From NCBI RefSeq assembly GCF_030144855.1, contig NC_082718.1:103974001-104038000 (forward strand): DNA of 64,000 nt, written 5' to 3'. Source of the stretch: Hypanus sabinus. Its lineage: Eukaryota. Position numbers and translations under genes: made by a program. Below the pieces are notes generated by a model. That model did not search any database, was not told the origin of the DNA, and saw only the letters and a program-made list of their open reading frames with translations. Positions 11,521-23,100 of this stretch are shown here, piece after piece; within the stretch, counting starts at the first letter, position 1, and each line of letters starts with the position of its first letter.

Positions 11521-13745
11521 TGTGGACTTTCTTAAATGTACACCCTTTGGAGAAAATTCTGTCCAATAAATCAGGCTCTCTTTCCATGTATGCTTCTTAA
11601 TGCTGCCAGACATGAGATGAAAGAGTTTGCTTCACTTATTTGTACTTGGATTGAGGTCGTTTCAGACTTTGTAGATAATTTAGCCCCAGGTGTCTCAAAA
11701 TGTCACATCACACTGTGCAACATGAGAGTTTTCCCTTGGTGGATGGATGTAAAGGTATTTCTTGCAGAAGCAGCTGTTGACCAAAATACTATTTTATAAA
11801 ATGACGATAACAGTTTTGCCTTTCACCAAGGTCATTTAATGAAAAGCAGAGAGAGGAGCAGGAAGTGTGCAAATCACTTTACTCCCTCATTAACAACAGT
11901 CCATCTCCATCATCAGCAATGACTTACAGTTGTACATTAAGCAACTTTACTGCAAATAAAACATCTGGGAGTTCTTCACAGAAAACTCAGCAAGCCACAT
12001 GAGATGATCGGGTTTGCGTTTTAAAGAGGAAGGATAGCAAGCATGCAGTTCAGGATCAGGTTTTGGAGCTTACTGCACAGATATCTTAAATCACAGCCAC
12101 TTGTAGTCAAGTCCAGGATGTGCAAGAGATCCGAATTTGGAAGGTTATAGAAACATCAGAGGGTTGTAAATCAGAAGTCAATTTGCAGCAATAGAGAGAA
12201 CTGAGGTCATTGGCTCATGGAGAGATTTGAAAATGGGTGTAAATTTTAAAATCTGAGAATTACTTATGCACACAACTTGTGGTATCCAAATGAATTATAT
12301 AAATAACTTTGCAAAAAATTCAATTTGGTGTCGTTGACTGATCTGTGAAAGCAGAGGAGATATTAGTTGAGTTAAGGTTTGTTGTGGGATCTGAAAAATG
12401 TTCAGTGATGGGAAAAGAGAATGTAATCTTTTTTGGTCATCTGGTCATTAGTCTTTTGTTTCGTGTGCACATGGAGTTCCAACCCACCCTACAACACCTT
12501 CCTCCCTGTGCCCAATCTTCTAACCTCACCACTCAAACCCCCACCCACGCCAACTGCTGCGCAATACTTTCACAAAAGCCTTGAAGCTCAGAAAGCATAT
12601 TGATTTTTTAAATTATCTCTGCCTCTTTCACTGGATCACCAATTGGAGAGTCGGTTTCACACACCTCCATTTAAAGGCATGTTTACAAGAAGGAATCCTG
12701 GATTTACTTAATCCAGATTCAACCTGTCCGTTCTAGTACAATTACTGCATTGCAAAACGCAGAGCCACTTTGCAGCAACTTGGATGAAAATGACCTGTCT
12801 GTAACAGGTGTTGTCTCCATCTGGACTGTGAACATTTCGGCATGTATGAGCCCTGTTCCAAAACCAAGTCCGTCATTGCTATGGCAGTCTCAAAAGACCA
12901 GCAAGAACTCATTTTAGGAGGGGTGTGTGTGTGTGTGTGTGTTGCTGAGCTAACAAACAGGATTTAATAGTGCACGTTAGGATAGAAAGATTATCCATCA
13001 CCAGTGGCATCTCTTCAGGGCAGGAAGCAATGTGGTGTGAAGTGAATGGAGGAGAAACCTTGGTCATAGGGAACATTGAGAACTCCTGGATGAACAATGA
13101 ATGCATTCTCCAGAATACTGCCACCAACATGGTCGCCTTAGTAACTTGGCCCTGAAGGTGACTTGCTTCCAATGTGGTTTTGTGGGCCGGAGGTGATTGA
13201 TGAAGCAAATGTGTGAGCTACTGATTTTTTGCACAGATGGGGCAGAAGAGGAGGTGACTGATGGATAGAGTGGGCACGTGGTCTGCTCTTTCTACTGACC
13301 TCAAGCTTCTGTGTGCTCCTGAATCAAGAAGCGTCACAAATGCCCATCTCCACTTTGAGATACAGATCAGATTCTCACAATGCTGAGTTTCTTCAAGAAA
13401 GTCTTGAGTACAGCCTTGAATCACTTCCTATGTCTACCTACTAAACTCTTCACTTGATAGAACTTAGAATACTGTGTCTGTTTTGGGATTCCAGTGTCAA
13501 GCATGAGAGTAAAGCCCTGCTCAATCTACCTCCTGCTTGTATGTAACAAGGGCTTCAATGCTTAAGATACTGACCTGTGAGGAAAGTTGCAGATGCATTC
13601 TTTCAATGGCAAAACCAACAGCAATTCTCCCATTATCAAACATTTGAGGTGAGACATTACGAGGTTGGCAAAAATGCTCGCAGCTGCCACACCAAAGTCA
13701 ATTATCTGTACAAATTTAAAGATATGATTTCTCCTAAATTAGGAC

Positions 13746-14141
13746 AAAGTTCAAAGTACCTTTATTATCGAAGTATGTGGACATTATACAACCTTCATCT
13801 CCTTACAGGCAGCCACAAAACAAGAAACCCAAAAAGAAGCCATTGAACGAATTCTAACAAACGCCCAAGATGCAGAGAGAGGGAAACAAATGGTGCACAA
13901 AATAATGTAAGCAGACAGCATTTAGAACAAAAGTGAGTCCTCAGTCACAAAGCCTGGAACAACCTGAGCAGGCCATAGCCACAGCCTCAGTTTAGCACCC
14001 AGCGGAGTAAGCACTGTGGAGCCTGCTCAGACGGAGCAGGCCACAGGCTCGGCCTCAGTTCAGTGCAGAGCTGAGCAAATGTCGCAGAGCAGCGAGCCAA
14101 GCCTGCCTGCCCCTCACCTGTTCAGTCCATCCGGCCCGGCG
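13746..14141 (-). mobile_element. Non-coding Rex-tailed retroelement fragment
   Basis: Shares the 3' tail (ttcatctccttacaggcagccacaaaacaa) with 61778-62437; has an internal ~45 bp direct duplication. Confidence 0.55.
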
Positions 14142-15879
14142 TGTGTACATGTTTGTGTGTTTGTAAAACTTTGAGAAACCATCAGCAGGGATTAGCTCTT
14201 TGCGTTACTCTAGAACTCATTGTGTAAAATCAGATCAGGTCATGAAACTTCTGGTGACATTACTCCATCTTCTCAGAATACTTGAACCATCTCTTGCCTG
14301 ACCTTTTTGATGTCGATCAATCCTGCCCATTTTCCTGGGTCCCCCTATAGTCTCAGCGTGCAAGTCACCCCTTTTGGCATGTACCTCTTGTCACGTTGTG
14401 TTAATCTGGGAACTCACTCCCTTCTCCATGACATCCAAATACTGGGATATTTTTACTTCTATAGTTTGTTCATAAAAGATACTATTAAGCAATCTGAGAT
14501 GCTGTGTTGTCTACTTTCCTTTGTAGAGATCTTGTCACTTTTGTTGCGGTTTTTAACCATAAGTCATCTTGTCTCCTAATTTTCAGACAAAAGCTTCCTG
14601 TCAGCAATGGGTCTGCAGTAAATTGTCAACAGCTGCAGTCAGTTGTGTGTGGTCCCATCGGGATCTGTGCTGGTCCCATTTTTTTTGCTTGTCTCTGGTG
14701 TAAACCACTCTCATAGTATTTCAATTGCCTTTGAGTCCAATTTAATATCTCCTTTAAAACCAATTAGAGATCTCCAGGACAAATTGACCCAGGTTTTCTT
14801 GCAATGATGCAAAAGGATGTTACTCTGCACGGCCAGAGCATGGAAGTCATGCTGGGATAGCAGGGGTGGGGGTTGGCGGGGGGAATGATCAGATGCCATG
14901 GAGACCAACGCCAGGAAAGTAGGTCCTTCTGCCCATCATATCTGTCATGACCATCAAGTGCCTCTCTACTAAATAAAAAATCTGAAATATATAACGAAAA
15001 GTGTTGGAAAACATTGCCAAGTCTGGCAACATCAGTGGAAAGAGAAACACCTCCATTGTTTCAGGTCCAGCACCTTCAAATAATACCTCAATAGTCAAGA
15101 GCAGAGAGAAAAGCACCTTGGTCCACTTGGCCGTGTCCACGTAACTTAATCCCATTTCCCTGCATTTGACCGTCTTGCCAGCCTGGGGCCCATAGGCCCC
15201 TCGCTTAAAGGTAGGGGTCCATGGCATAAAAAATTCTCTAAATGTAACCTATTCATATATTTATCCAAATGTCTTCTGAATGTTGTTATTGTACCCATCT
15301 CAACTACTTTAACTTTGTTCCAAACATGCACCACCCTCTGCAGGAATAAGTAGTCTTCCTGGTCCCTTTTAAATCTTTCCTCTCTCACTTTACAACTGTG
15401 CCCTCTAGATTTATGGTTCCCTTTCCCTCCCTGTTGGTTGATTACAAGCATGATTTAACTGAAATGTTTGGCACTTTTTATGGAAGTTATATATTTAGGA
15501 CGATTAAAACTTCTTGATAAGTGCAACCTGAATTCACATTGCATTTCTCTCTCTTCCTGTCTTTGAGCTAGGTTATTAACCGTTTCTGAAAATTTCTAAG
15601 CAATCCCTGGATGTATAGATTGAAGAATCTGGGACAGTGATTGTAATTCTCAGTTTCAAAACAGTTGTGGAAAAGGAAGAAGTCGAAGATCAGTTTAATG
15701 TCACATACGCAAGTACATCTTTGTCCAGGTGTAACGAAAAACATTCTCATGAAGTACATAAATGCACAATCTTTACAATAAAACACAATTAGAAAAATTC
15801 TCTCTTACTGCAAAGTAAATACAAATTAACAAAAATTAACAAGCAAAATAATAAAACAATAACTAGTAATCAGGTATAA

Positions 15880-16510
15880 AGATAGATCAGATGGAAATTT
15901 GGACGGAGTGTCGGTAGATGGAATTTAATCCCAAGTGCAAGATAATGCATTTTGGAGTGTCAGTGTATTATTTAAATGGAGTGGCACTGAGGCATGTAGA
16001 CGAGCAGAGAGACCCAGGAATCAAAGTCCACAGAGTTGGAATGCTGTGTTGAAACTTTTACAAAACCCGGGTTAGACCGCACTTCAGAATCAGAATCAAT
16101 ATCAGATTTATTATTTCTTAGGTGGTGTGCAATTTGTCGTGGCAGCAATGCAGTGCAGTGAGATAAGGTGGTGTTCATAGTTCATGGGATATTGGTTGCA
16201 CATCTGGTTACTGCCCTATAGGAAGGATATGATTGCACTGGGAAGAGGGTGCAGAGGAGGTTCACCAATATGTTGCACCAAGATTAGAGGACTGAGTGGC
16301 ATAGAAAGGGCAGACAGATAAAAATCTTCATGTTCTTCTGTTAAAAACAAGAGTTTAAGGTGAGAGGAATTTTAAAGGGGTTTTGAGATGGGTACTTAAA
16401 TAGAGTAAGTGTGAACCTCGTGGGCAAATGGGATTAGTGAAGATGGGCAAGAATGTTGGCATGGATATGATGAACAGAAAGGCCCATTCCTGTGCTATAT
16501 TTCTCTTTGA
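15880..16510 (+). mobile_element. Degenerate CR1 fragment interrupted by a Rex 3' tail
   Basis: cagatggaatttaatcc...aagtgcaagataatgcattttgg (QMEFN..KC..MHFG); an antisense (CAGAAT)n tail at ~16085. Confidence 0.65.
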
Positions 16511-17267
16511 TCTCGGATTACAGATGATTACTTAAATCTTTGTGACAAGGGGAAATCCCAAATTAATCCTGAAAACAATGGCACATCTCCATTGGAAAAA
16601 TATCAAATGATCTCATGTACTTTAAAATGTTTTTAACAATCCTTATTGTTGCCTGGTTTTTCCCAGTTTTTCCTGTGTTTGTGGACACTGCAGGATTTAA
16701 TTGAATTCACTGCCTTTCTCTGACACAGCAGATCTGTTAAAAGGGAAGTTTTCCCATAACTCACCTCTCTCCAGGAGTTAGAACCGTCAAACGGCATTAT
16801 TAAACAATAAGAATAGTACCCTTGGGGCTCTCTTGTTACCATATCAAAGGACTGGCGTCAATATAAATACTTCTTTGATGATATAATGTATCTGAGCATC
16901 CATGCAGGAGACCTGAGGGACAGCAGGGATGAATAGGAGTAGCTGTACATCAGACAATTGAAGCTAAGTTTACAGTAGATAAGATGGTTGACTTCCGAAT
17001 CAGTCTTGTAGTTGTAGCTGTTTCCCCTGTTTCTGTGGGAATCTCGCCTTGTTTGCATTGTGCTTTGAAGCAAACTGGAGCGCACAAGGTTGTGCGACCT
17101 GCGGCCTTAGTTACAGTGCATCACTGGCAACTGCTTGTCCTTGTGCACCTTGAGGGCCGCTGGAGGGGGGAGGGCATGCAATGGTGGTGAGCTGGGTCAA
17201 TGTGCTCCCATTTACAGAAGGAACGATCTTCCTCTTGGAGGAAGGAGCCAAAACATTGACTGTTTAA

Positions 17268-17662
17268 GGCTGATTTATACTAGTGCTTCGCATCTACGCC
17301 ATAAGTACTGCGTACCCTACGCCATAGGGTGACGTGCACCTCCCCAAAAAAGTAACTCACGCGTCGCGGCGACGCAGACCGCAGCAACTGTGATTGGTCC
17401 GCTTGGAAGCATCGCATTTCCTCCTACTCATTTCCGGTTGCTTCTTCTCCACCATGTCTGTACACCGACGTAAAATAGATGAGCCATATCGTCAAATCTA
17501 CCTGCCGACATGCAAAAATGTTTGAAATACATTTCCTCATCCACGTCTCTCATGAAGAAACTCAACACAGCTGTGTAGAAACCCCACCGCCAACTAGCGT
17601 TTTGGCGCACACCAATGCGTGCTTGCTACGGCATAGAGCCTACGCAGAAGTGAAAATCAGGG
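17268..17662. mobile_element. PIF/Harbinger-like MITE
   Basis: Imperfect TIRs GGCTGATTTATACTAGTGC / GCAGAAGTGAAAATCAGGG flanked by TAA and TTA; CpG-rich; interrupts a Penelope-derived repeat. Confidence 0.7.
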
Positions 17663-17674
17663 TTACGGTGTAGC

Positions 17675-17776
17675 CTGTTTACTCTTTTCCATTGATGCTG
17701 CCTGACCTGCTGAGTTCCTCCAGCATTTTGTGTGTGTTGCTCTGGATGTACAGCATCTGCAGAATTTCTCATGTTT
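17675..17776 (+). mobile_element. Penelope-derived short repeat body
   Basis: gatgctgcctgacctgctgagttcctccagcattttgtgtgtgttgc, same family as 1102-1200. Confidence 0.75.
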
Positions 17777-17967
17777 ATAATTTGATGATGTTCATTGTCT
17801 CCATATAGTGGCCCTTTCCTCCTCACTTGCAATATTAGTTTGTTAAGTCAGGTCAAGTTTATTGTCACATGCACATCTAGGTTCAATGATAATCTTATTG
17901 TAGCAGCATCAAAAGCTCATAGCATTAGAAACACAACATTCCAAAGTAAAACAAAAATTGTATATGG

Positions 17968-18273
17968 AAGATTGGCTTTATTTGTCAAATTTACATTGAA
18001 ACATAAAGTGAAATGTGTCACTTGCATCAAATTAAATTGGTGAGGATTGTGCTGGTGCAACCCCAAAAGTATTGCCATGGTTCCAATGACAACATGCCCA
18101 CAATTTACTAATCATAACCCTAACTGTAGATTGGAATGTGGGAAGAAACCGGAGCTGCTGGAGAACTGACACAGGGCGAACATGCAAATTCCTTACGGAC
18201 AGAGGCAAGAATTGAACCCCAGTCATTGAAAACTGGCACCGTAAAGTGATTGTGCTAACCACAATGCTACCGT
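17968..18273 (-). mobile_element. tRNA-derived SINE with Rex-like 3' tail
   Basis: A box (tgtggttagc) and B box (ggttcaattc) on the minus strand; central domain ctccggtttcttcccacattccaa. Confidence 0.75.
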
Positions 18274-18524
18274 TATACAAAGAGAACCCAATTAGAACAA
18301 TGTTCACAATAGTGCAAAGTGGTGAAGATGATCGTAGTAGATAGTAGATTGCTATACTGAGCTAGTGATTAGGTTTGTGCTGTTTGGTTTAATCACCAAA
18401 TGGTTGAAGGGAAGTGGCTGTCTTGAACCTGGTGGTGTGGGCTAGGGTTTGCACCAACCCCAACTATGTTATTCAGTGGTAATTGAATGAATTGTTTTGA
18501 CAGAATACTGTTCCACAGCATCTC

Positions 18525-19107
18525 ACTCAAGTCAAGTCACTTTTATTGTCATTTCGACCATAACTGCTAGTACAGTGCATAGTAAAAATGAGACAATGTT
18601 TTTCAGGACCATGGTGTTACATGACATAGTACAAAAACTAGACTGAACTACGTAATAAAAAACACAGAGAAAGCTACACTAGACCACAGACCTACACAGG
18701 ACTGCATAAGGTGCACAAAACAGTGCAGGCATTACAATAAATAATAAGCAAGACAATAGGGCAGTAAGGTGTCAATCCAGGCTCTTGGTATTGAGGAGTC
18801 TGATAGCTTGGGGGAAGAAACTGTTTATAGTTTGCTCGCGAGAGCCCGAATGCTTTGGTGCCTTTTCGCAGATGGCAGGAGGGAGAAGAGATTGTATGAG
18901 GGGTGCATGGGGTCCTTCATAATGCTGTTTGCTTTGTGGATGCAGCGTGTAGTGTAAATGTCCGTGATGGCGGGAAGAGAGACCCTGATAATCTTCTCAG
19001 CTGACCTCACTATCTGCTGTAGGATCTTGCGATCCGAGACGGTGCAATTTCTGAACCAGGCAGTGATGCAGTTGCTCAGAATGCTCTCAATACAACCCCT
19101 GTAGAAT
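18525..19107 (-). mobile_element. Rex1/Babar LINE 3' fragment
   Basis: VRSAEKIIRVSLPAITDIYTTRCIHKANSIMKDPMHPSYNLFSLLPS; (GACTT)n tail. Confidence 0.85.
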
Positions 19108-20059
19108 GCAGGTACTCAGATTTGTTTTGAATATAGGTAAATTGCACAGAATGTTGCACAGAAGTACATCCTAGACAACCTGTTTAATAATCTGGTTGCT
19201 GTTTATTGCACCCTACTATGCACATTGTTTAACTATTTTGAAGTTCCGACTATAATACACTTAACGAGCACTTTGTTCTCTTCAAAGCTCCAGGATATCC
19301 ATGGAACGATATGGAAAAAAAAGCATTTCCCCGTCACATTTTACTCTGCACTGTTAACTCCACAAATAATCCTGCCTTTCTTGATATAAATCACTAGTTA
19401 CTCTGTAATGGCTGTGAAATCTTTCAGCAGGTTGCATTGAAAACCACAGAAAGTGGACTGACCAGTCCTCCGTAACAGCCTCTGGCAAAATATGCACTGT
19501 TCTCCAAAAGTAAATGAATGTGCCTCTCTTACATGGGTGCTGCAGGACAGCCAGAGTTTTGGGAGCATAGTTGTTCCTCATTAATCTTACAGTCCTGATG
19601 TGCTAAAGACTGGCTCAGAGCAAGACACACAGCCTGCACTAACTAATAATCTGACACCTTCGCTAACCCAATCATTCATATTGATTAAACTGCCTGGGTT
19701 CCTGAGGAATGTATTGTTTTATACTCATCACAGTTCCAACTTCTGGAGAAATAAATTGAAATAAATCTGGCTGCTTGCAGATTGCTATGCCACATGCAGG
19801 GATTTGCATGTGACAACAGCAGACGTGGCATTTATTAGTACGTGATTGCCTTCATAAGTAGATCAGTTGGTGAAAATATTCTTATTTGCAAATGAAGAGT
19901 CTCCGATAGCAAGTAAACTATTTCTGAATAATTGGCCTCTTTGGAGCTGACTCACCAGTTCCAGTGACCCAGCTTTGATCCTGACATCTAACTTGTGCAC
20001 ACAGTTTTCCTCCAGATTGGTGGTTTAATTATCTACCAATTTGCTCTTGTGCAGGTGGG

Positions 20060-20765
20060 TGCCAGATGGAGTTTGATCTCTGCAAGTGTGAGGTAATGCA
20101 TCTAGGGAGATCAAAGGTAAAGGGAATATGTAGTTAATGGCAGGACCCTAGACAGCATGGATATGCAAAGGGATCTGGGTCCGGGTCCATCGATTCCTCA
20201 AAATACAGGTGGATAATGTGGTCAAGAAGCTGTACAGCAGCTTTGAGGTGTTGAGCTCAAGCGCCAGGAAGCAATGTTTGAGTTTTATAAAACAATGGCT
20301 CGGCTGCATCTGGACATAGTGTGCAGTTCTACCCAGGATGTGGAGGCTTTGAAGAGGGACACTGCCTTCATTAGTAGGCAGATGCTAAAAGAAGAAGTTG
20401 GACAAATTAGTTTTGCTTTCCCTCAGGTGCTGGAGGCTGAGGGGAGACCTTGTAGATGTTTATGAAATTAAGAGAGACATAGATAGACAATCAGCATTCC
20501 CCTCCCCCCCCCCATTGTCCATATATCTAATCTAGAGGGCATGCATTAAAGGGGAAACATTCCATAGACAGATGCGGGGCAAGTTATTTTATACAGAGTA
20601 TTGAGTGCCTGCAGTGTGCTGCCACATGGGGTGGTGGAGGCAAAGACGATAGAGGTGTTCGTGCCGAGAATAGAGGGATATGGATATCATGTAGACAGAA
20701 CGGATTAGTATAATTAAGCATCATTAATTTAATTAGTTGGCTGGAGTGCCTGTACTGTTTTGTGT
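20060..20765 (+). mobile_element. Degenerate CR1 3' fragment
   Basis: Decayed QMEF..KCEVMH, YKTMARLHL and RLRGDL motifs. Confidence 0.7.
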
Positions 20766-21770
20766 CCTAAGAATCAGGGTGGGTATAGTGGGCATGTGAC
20801 AGGATAGGTTACAGGAACAAAAATGGGGGAGTGGGGATTGTTCGGACAGTAGGCGTGAGCTTAATAGGCTAAGTGGGCCGCTCTGTCCTAAAAGGAAAAG
20901 AATTTTAAAAAAGTGTCAGGTAGACAAAAGTTCTTAACGAACTCATTTAAAAAAATATAGCTAATATAACAGCTGTCTAGCACACTGTAAATAGTTCCTG
21001 AGATTCCTATTAGAACTGATAAAAATTAAATTCGAGACTAAAACAGTAAAGTTCTTCCTCTTGCAAAGAGAAGCCAAGGAGGTGTGAAAGGGCATCGTGT
21101 TTTTCAGGCCTTGTTTCCTCTCTCTGCAATCCATCATCACTCATAAAAGGTCCCAAATGAAATCCAAATCTCCAAGAACGTAATTGACAGCTGTGTCAAT
21201 GGAACAATAGACATACTGTGTCTGTGAAATTTTAATTCTGTTTTGTTCTTGATCATAACATGCATTCTCTACAGGTGTGAAATGAAACTGTTTTCTCTGA
21301 CCATAATCAAACAGTACCTTTAGAACTGCCTGTTTCAATACACTTCAGTAAAACCATTGTATTAGGAAATCAGCAGAAGAGACAAGCCTGAACTACACAA
21401 AGGGAAAGCTTATTTACAGGTGTAGTGTCCTGACTTAAAACGTGCTGGCCTCACTGGGGTACAATGTGGACTAGGTTGAAGAACCATTTGCTACCTGTAG
21501 CTGTGAAACCTGTGATCTTTGGGATGCACGCAGAAAGGGGAAATGATTAGAGGATTGAATGAAGAGGTCCCTCTGAAAGAAAATAAACATGCATATAATT
21601 CATTGGAAACTGTGGAGATCTGTGACATATGATTATGTGATATATATGTACAATGTCTGAAATACATCTTATGGAAATGTTTGTTTGATGATGAACTTCA
21701 ATAAAAAAATAAATTACAGGAAACCTGAACCTTCATAGATCTGAGTTCAGGTCCTTTCTGATGACCATCT

Positions 21771-21982
21771 TGATGCACCATCAATAACTCACACTGAGAC
21801 GTAGGCGAGATATCGGCTTTTATTGACTGGAAGAAGGAACCAGGAGTGAGTGTCTATCATACAAGGTCCTGGAGACTGAGGCCGATCTTCAGGCCGCAGG
21901 TCTCCTTTATACAGGGGCCTGTGGGAGGAGCCACAGGAGCAGTCAGCAGGGGCGTGTCCCGACAGGCACATAGTTCACCACA
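21771..21982 (-). mobile_element. Solo LTR (212 bp) with 5 bp TSD CATCT
   Basis: Minus strand TGTGGTGAAC...TATAAA...AATAAA...GGTGCATCA; CATCT at 21766-21770 and 21983-21987. Confidence 0.9.
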
Positions 21983-22417
21983 CATCTATTTCACATGGGG
22001 GAAGGTTCTTGCCCTCCGTGACACCTGCTGTTGATTGTTGACCTTTTAATGTGCTGCTTCTGTTTCTTACCGAGATTGAGAATGATTTGATTCCACATTA
22101 GTCTTGCGGATTTTGAGACGGTTGATGAGTCTGATGTGGGAAAGCAAGCTCTTTCACTGTTTGGGGAGCTGGTGGCTGCAATTGGCTAATAAGTAGGAAG
22201 TGGGGATGGGAGAGTCCTTCTGCCTCATATACACAGTCTTTGTGAGCTTCTAATGAATGGATCTTCCTGAATGCCCCTTCCCTACCTGGTCATGGGCCAG
22301 AGGGTCATGGGAGTCAGTGGGGAATCTTGCGTTTCTTCGAGGAATCGCCGGCATGTCCTTGAAATGGTTCCTCTGTTTGTCTGGTCATCTTCTCCAGTGA
22401 CTGAGCTCACCAGTGTT

Positions 22418-22540
22418 CTTGAGCAACAGACAGAAAATGCTGGAGGAGCTCAGCAAGTCTGGCAGTATCTATGAAGGGGATAATTTGGTCCGAGACCTCC
22501 AGCATTTTGTGAGCTTTGCTCAAGGCTTCCTGCATCTGTG
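22418..22540. mobile_element. Palindromic Penelope-derived repeat (inverted pLTR pieces)
   Basis: AAAATGCTGGAGG (22434-22446) and CCTCCAGCATTTT (22496-22508) are inverted arms. Confidence 0.7.
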
Positions 22541-22949
22541 GTATCTCTTGTCCAGCATTCTTGAGTTGTGCATATTGATAACATGACCTATCCAATAGAG
22601 CTGATTGGGCGTGACAAACTATCACTGGGGATGATGATCAGGAAGAGGACACTGGGGCTGGTTTTTTGACCTGGAAGATATTTTTTCAATGCAGCGCGCA
22701 AAGCTTTGTCCAAGTGCACTGAGAAGTTTCGATGTAGCAGTGTCACTCTACACAGCCTCACATTCAATCGCTCTAAAATCTTTCCTCTGTACTGATATAC
22801 CATCCTTCACATCCTGGGATGATGTTTTTCTTTAATGCCGATGCAGTACTTCCGATTTTGGACCGAATGTTCAGGTGGTTGGCCGCTAATTTGTACACAC
22901 CAGGGCTCAACAATCGGCAGTGTGGCAATGGCTTAATAATAATTATTTC

Positions 22950-23100
22950 AGTAATGTCTGTTGAGGGTTAATTAGTGGGTGGTGACCTGGGAATGAACTC
23001 CCCTTATTCTTCATGGCAGATTTGACACAAGATCTTTCAGGGCCATTTGAGAGGTCAGACATGACCTCAGTTTGATATCTCATCTGATAAAATGCTGTTC
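22950..23100. mobile_element. Ancient DeuSINE/SacSINE-like remnant; similar pieces at ~40370-40500 and ~50870-50970
   Basis: Decayed resemblance to the remembered Deu-domain consensus (gttgagggataaatattgg...cctcggtttaacgtctcatccgaaa). Confidence 0.45.

Noticed and set aside
18190-18273. tRNA gene
   Set aside because: The A/B boxes belong to a SINE head; no cloverleaf.
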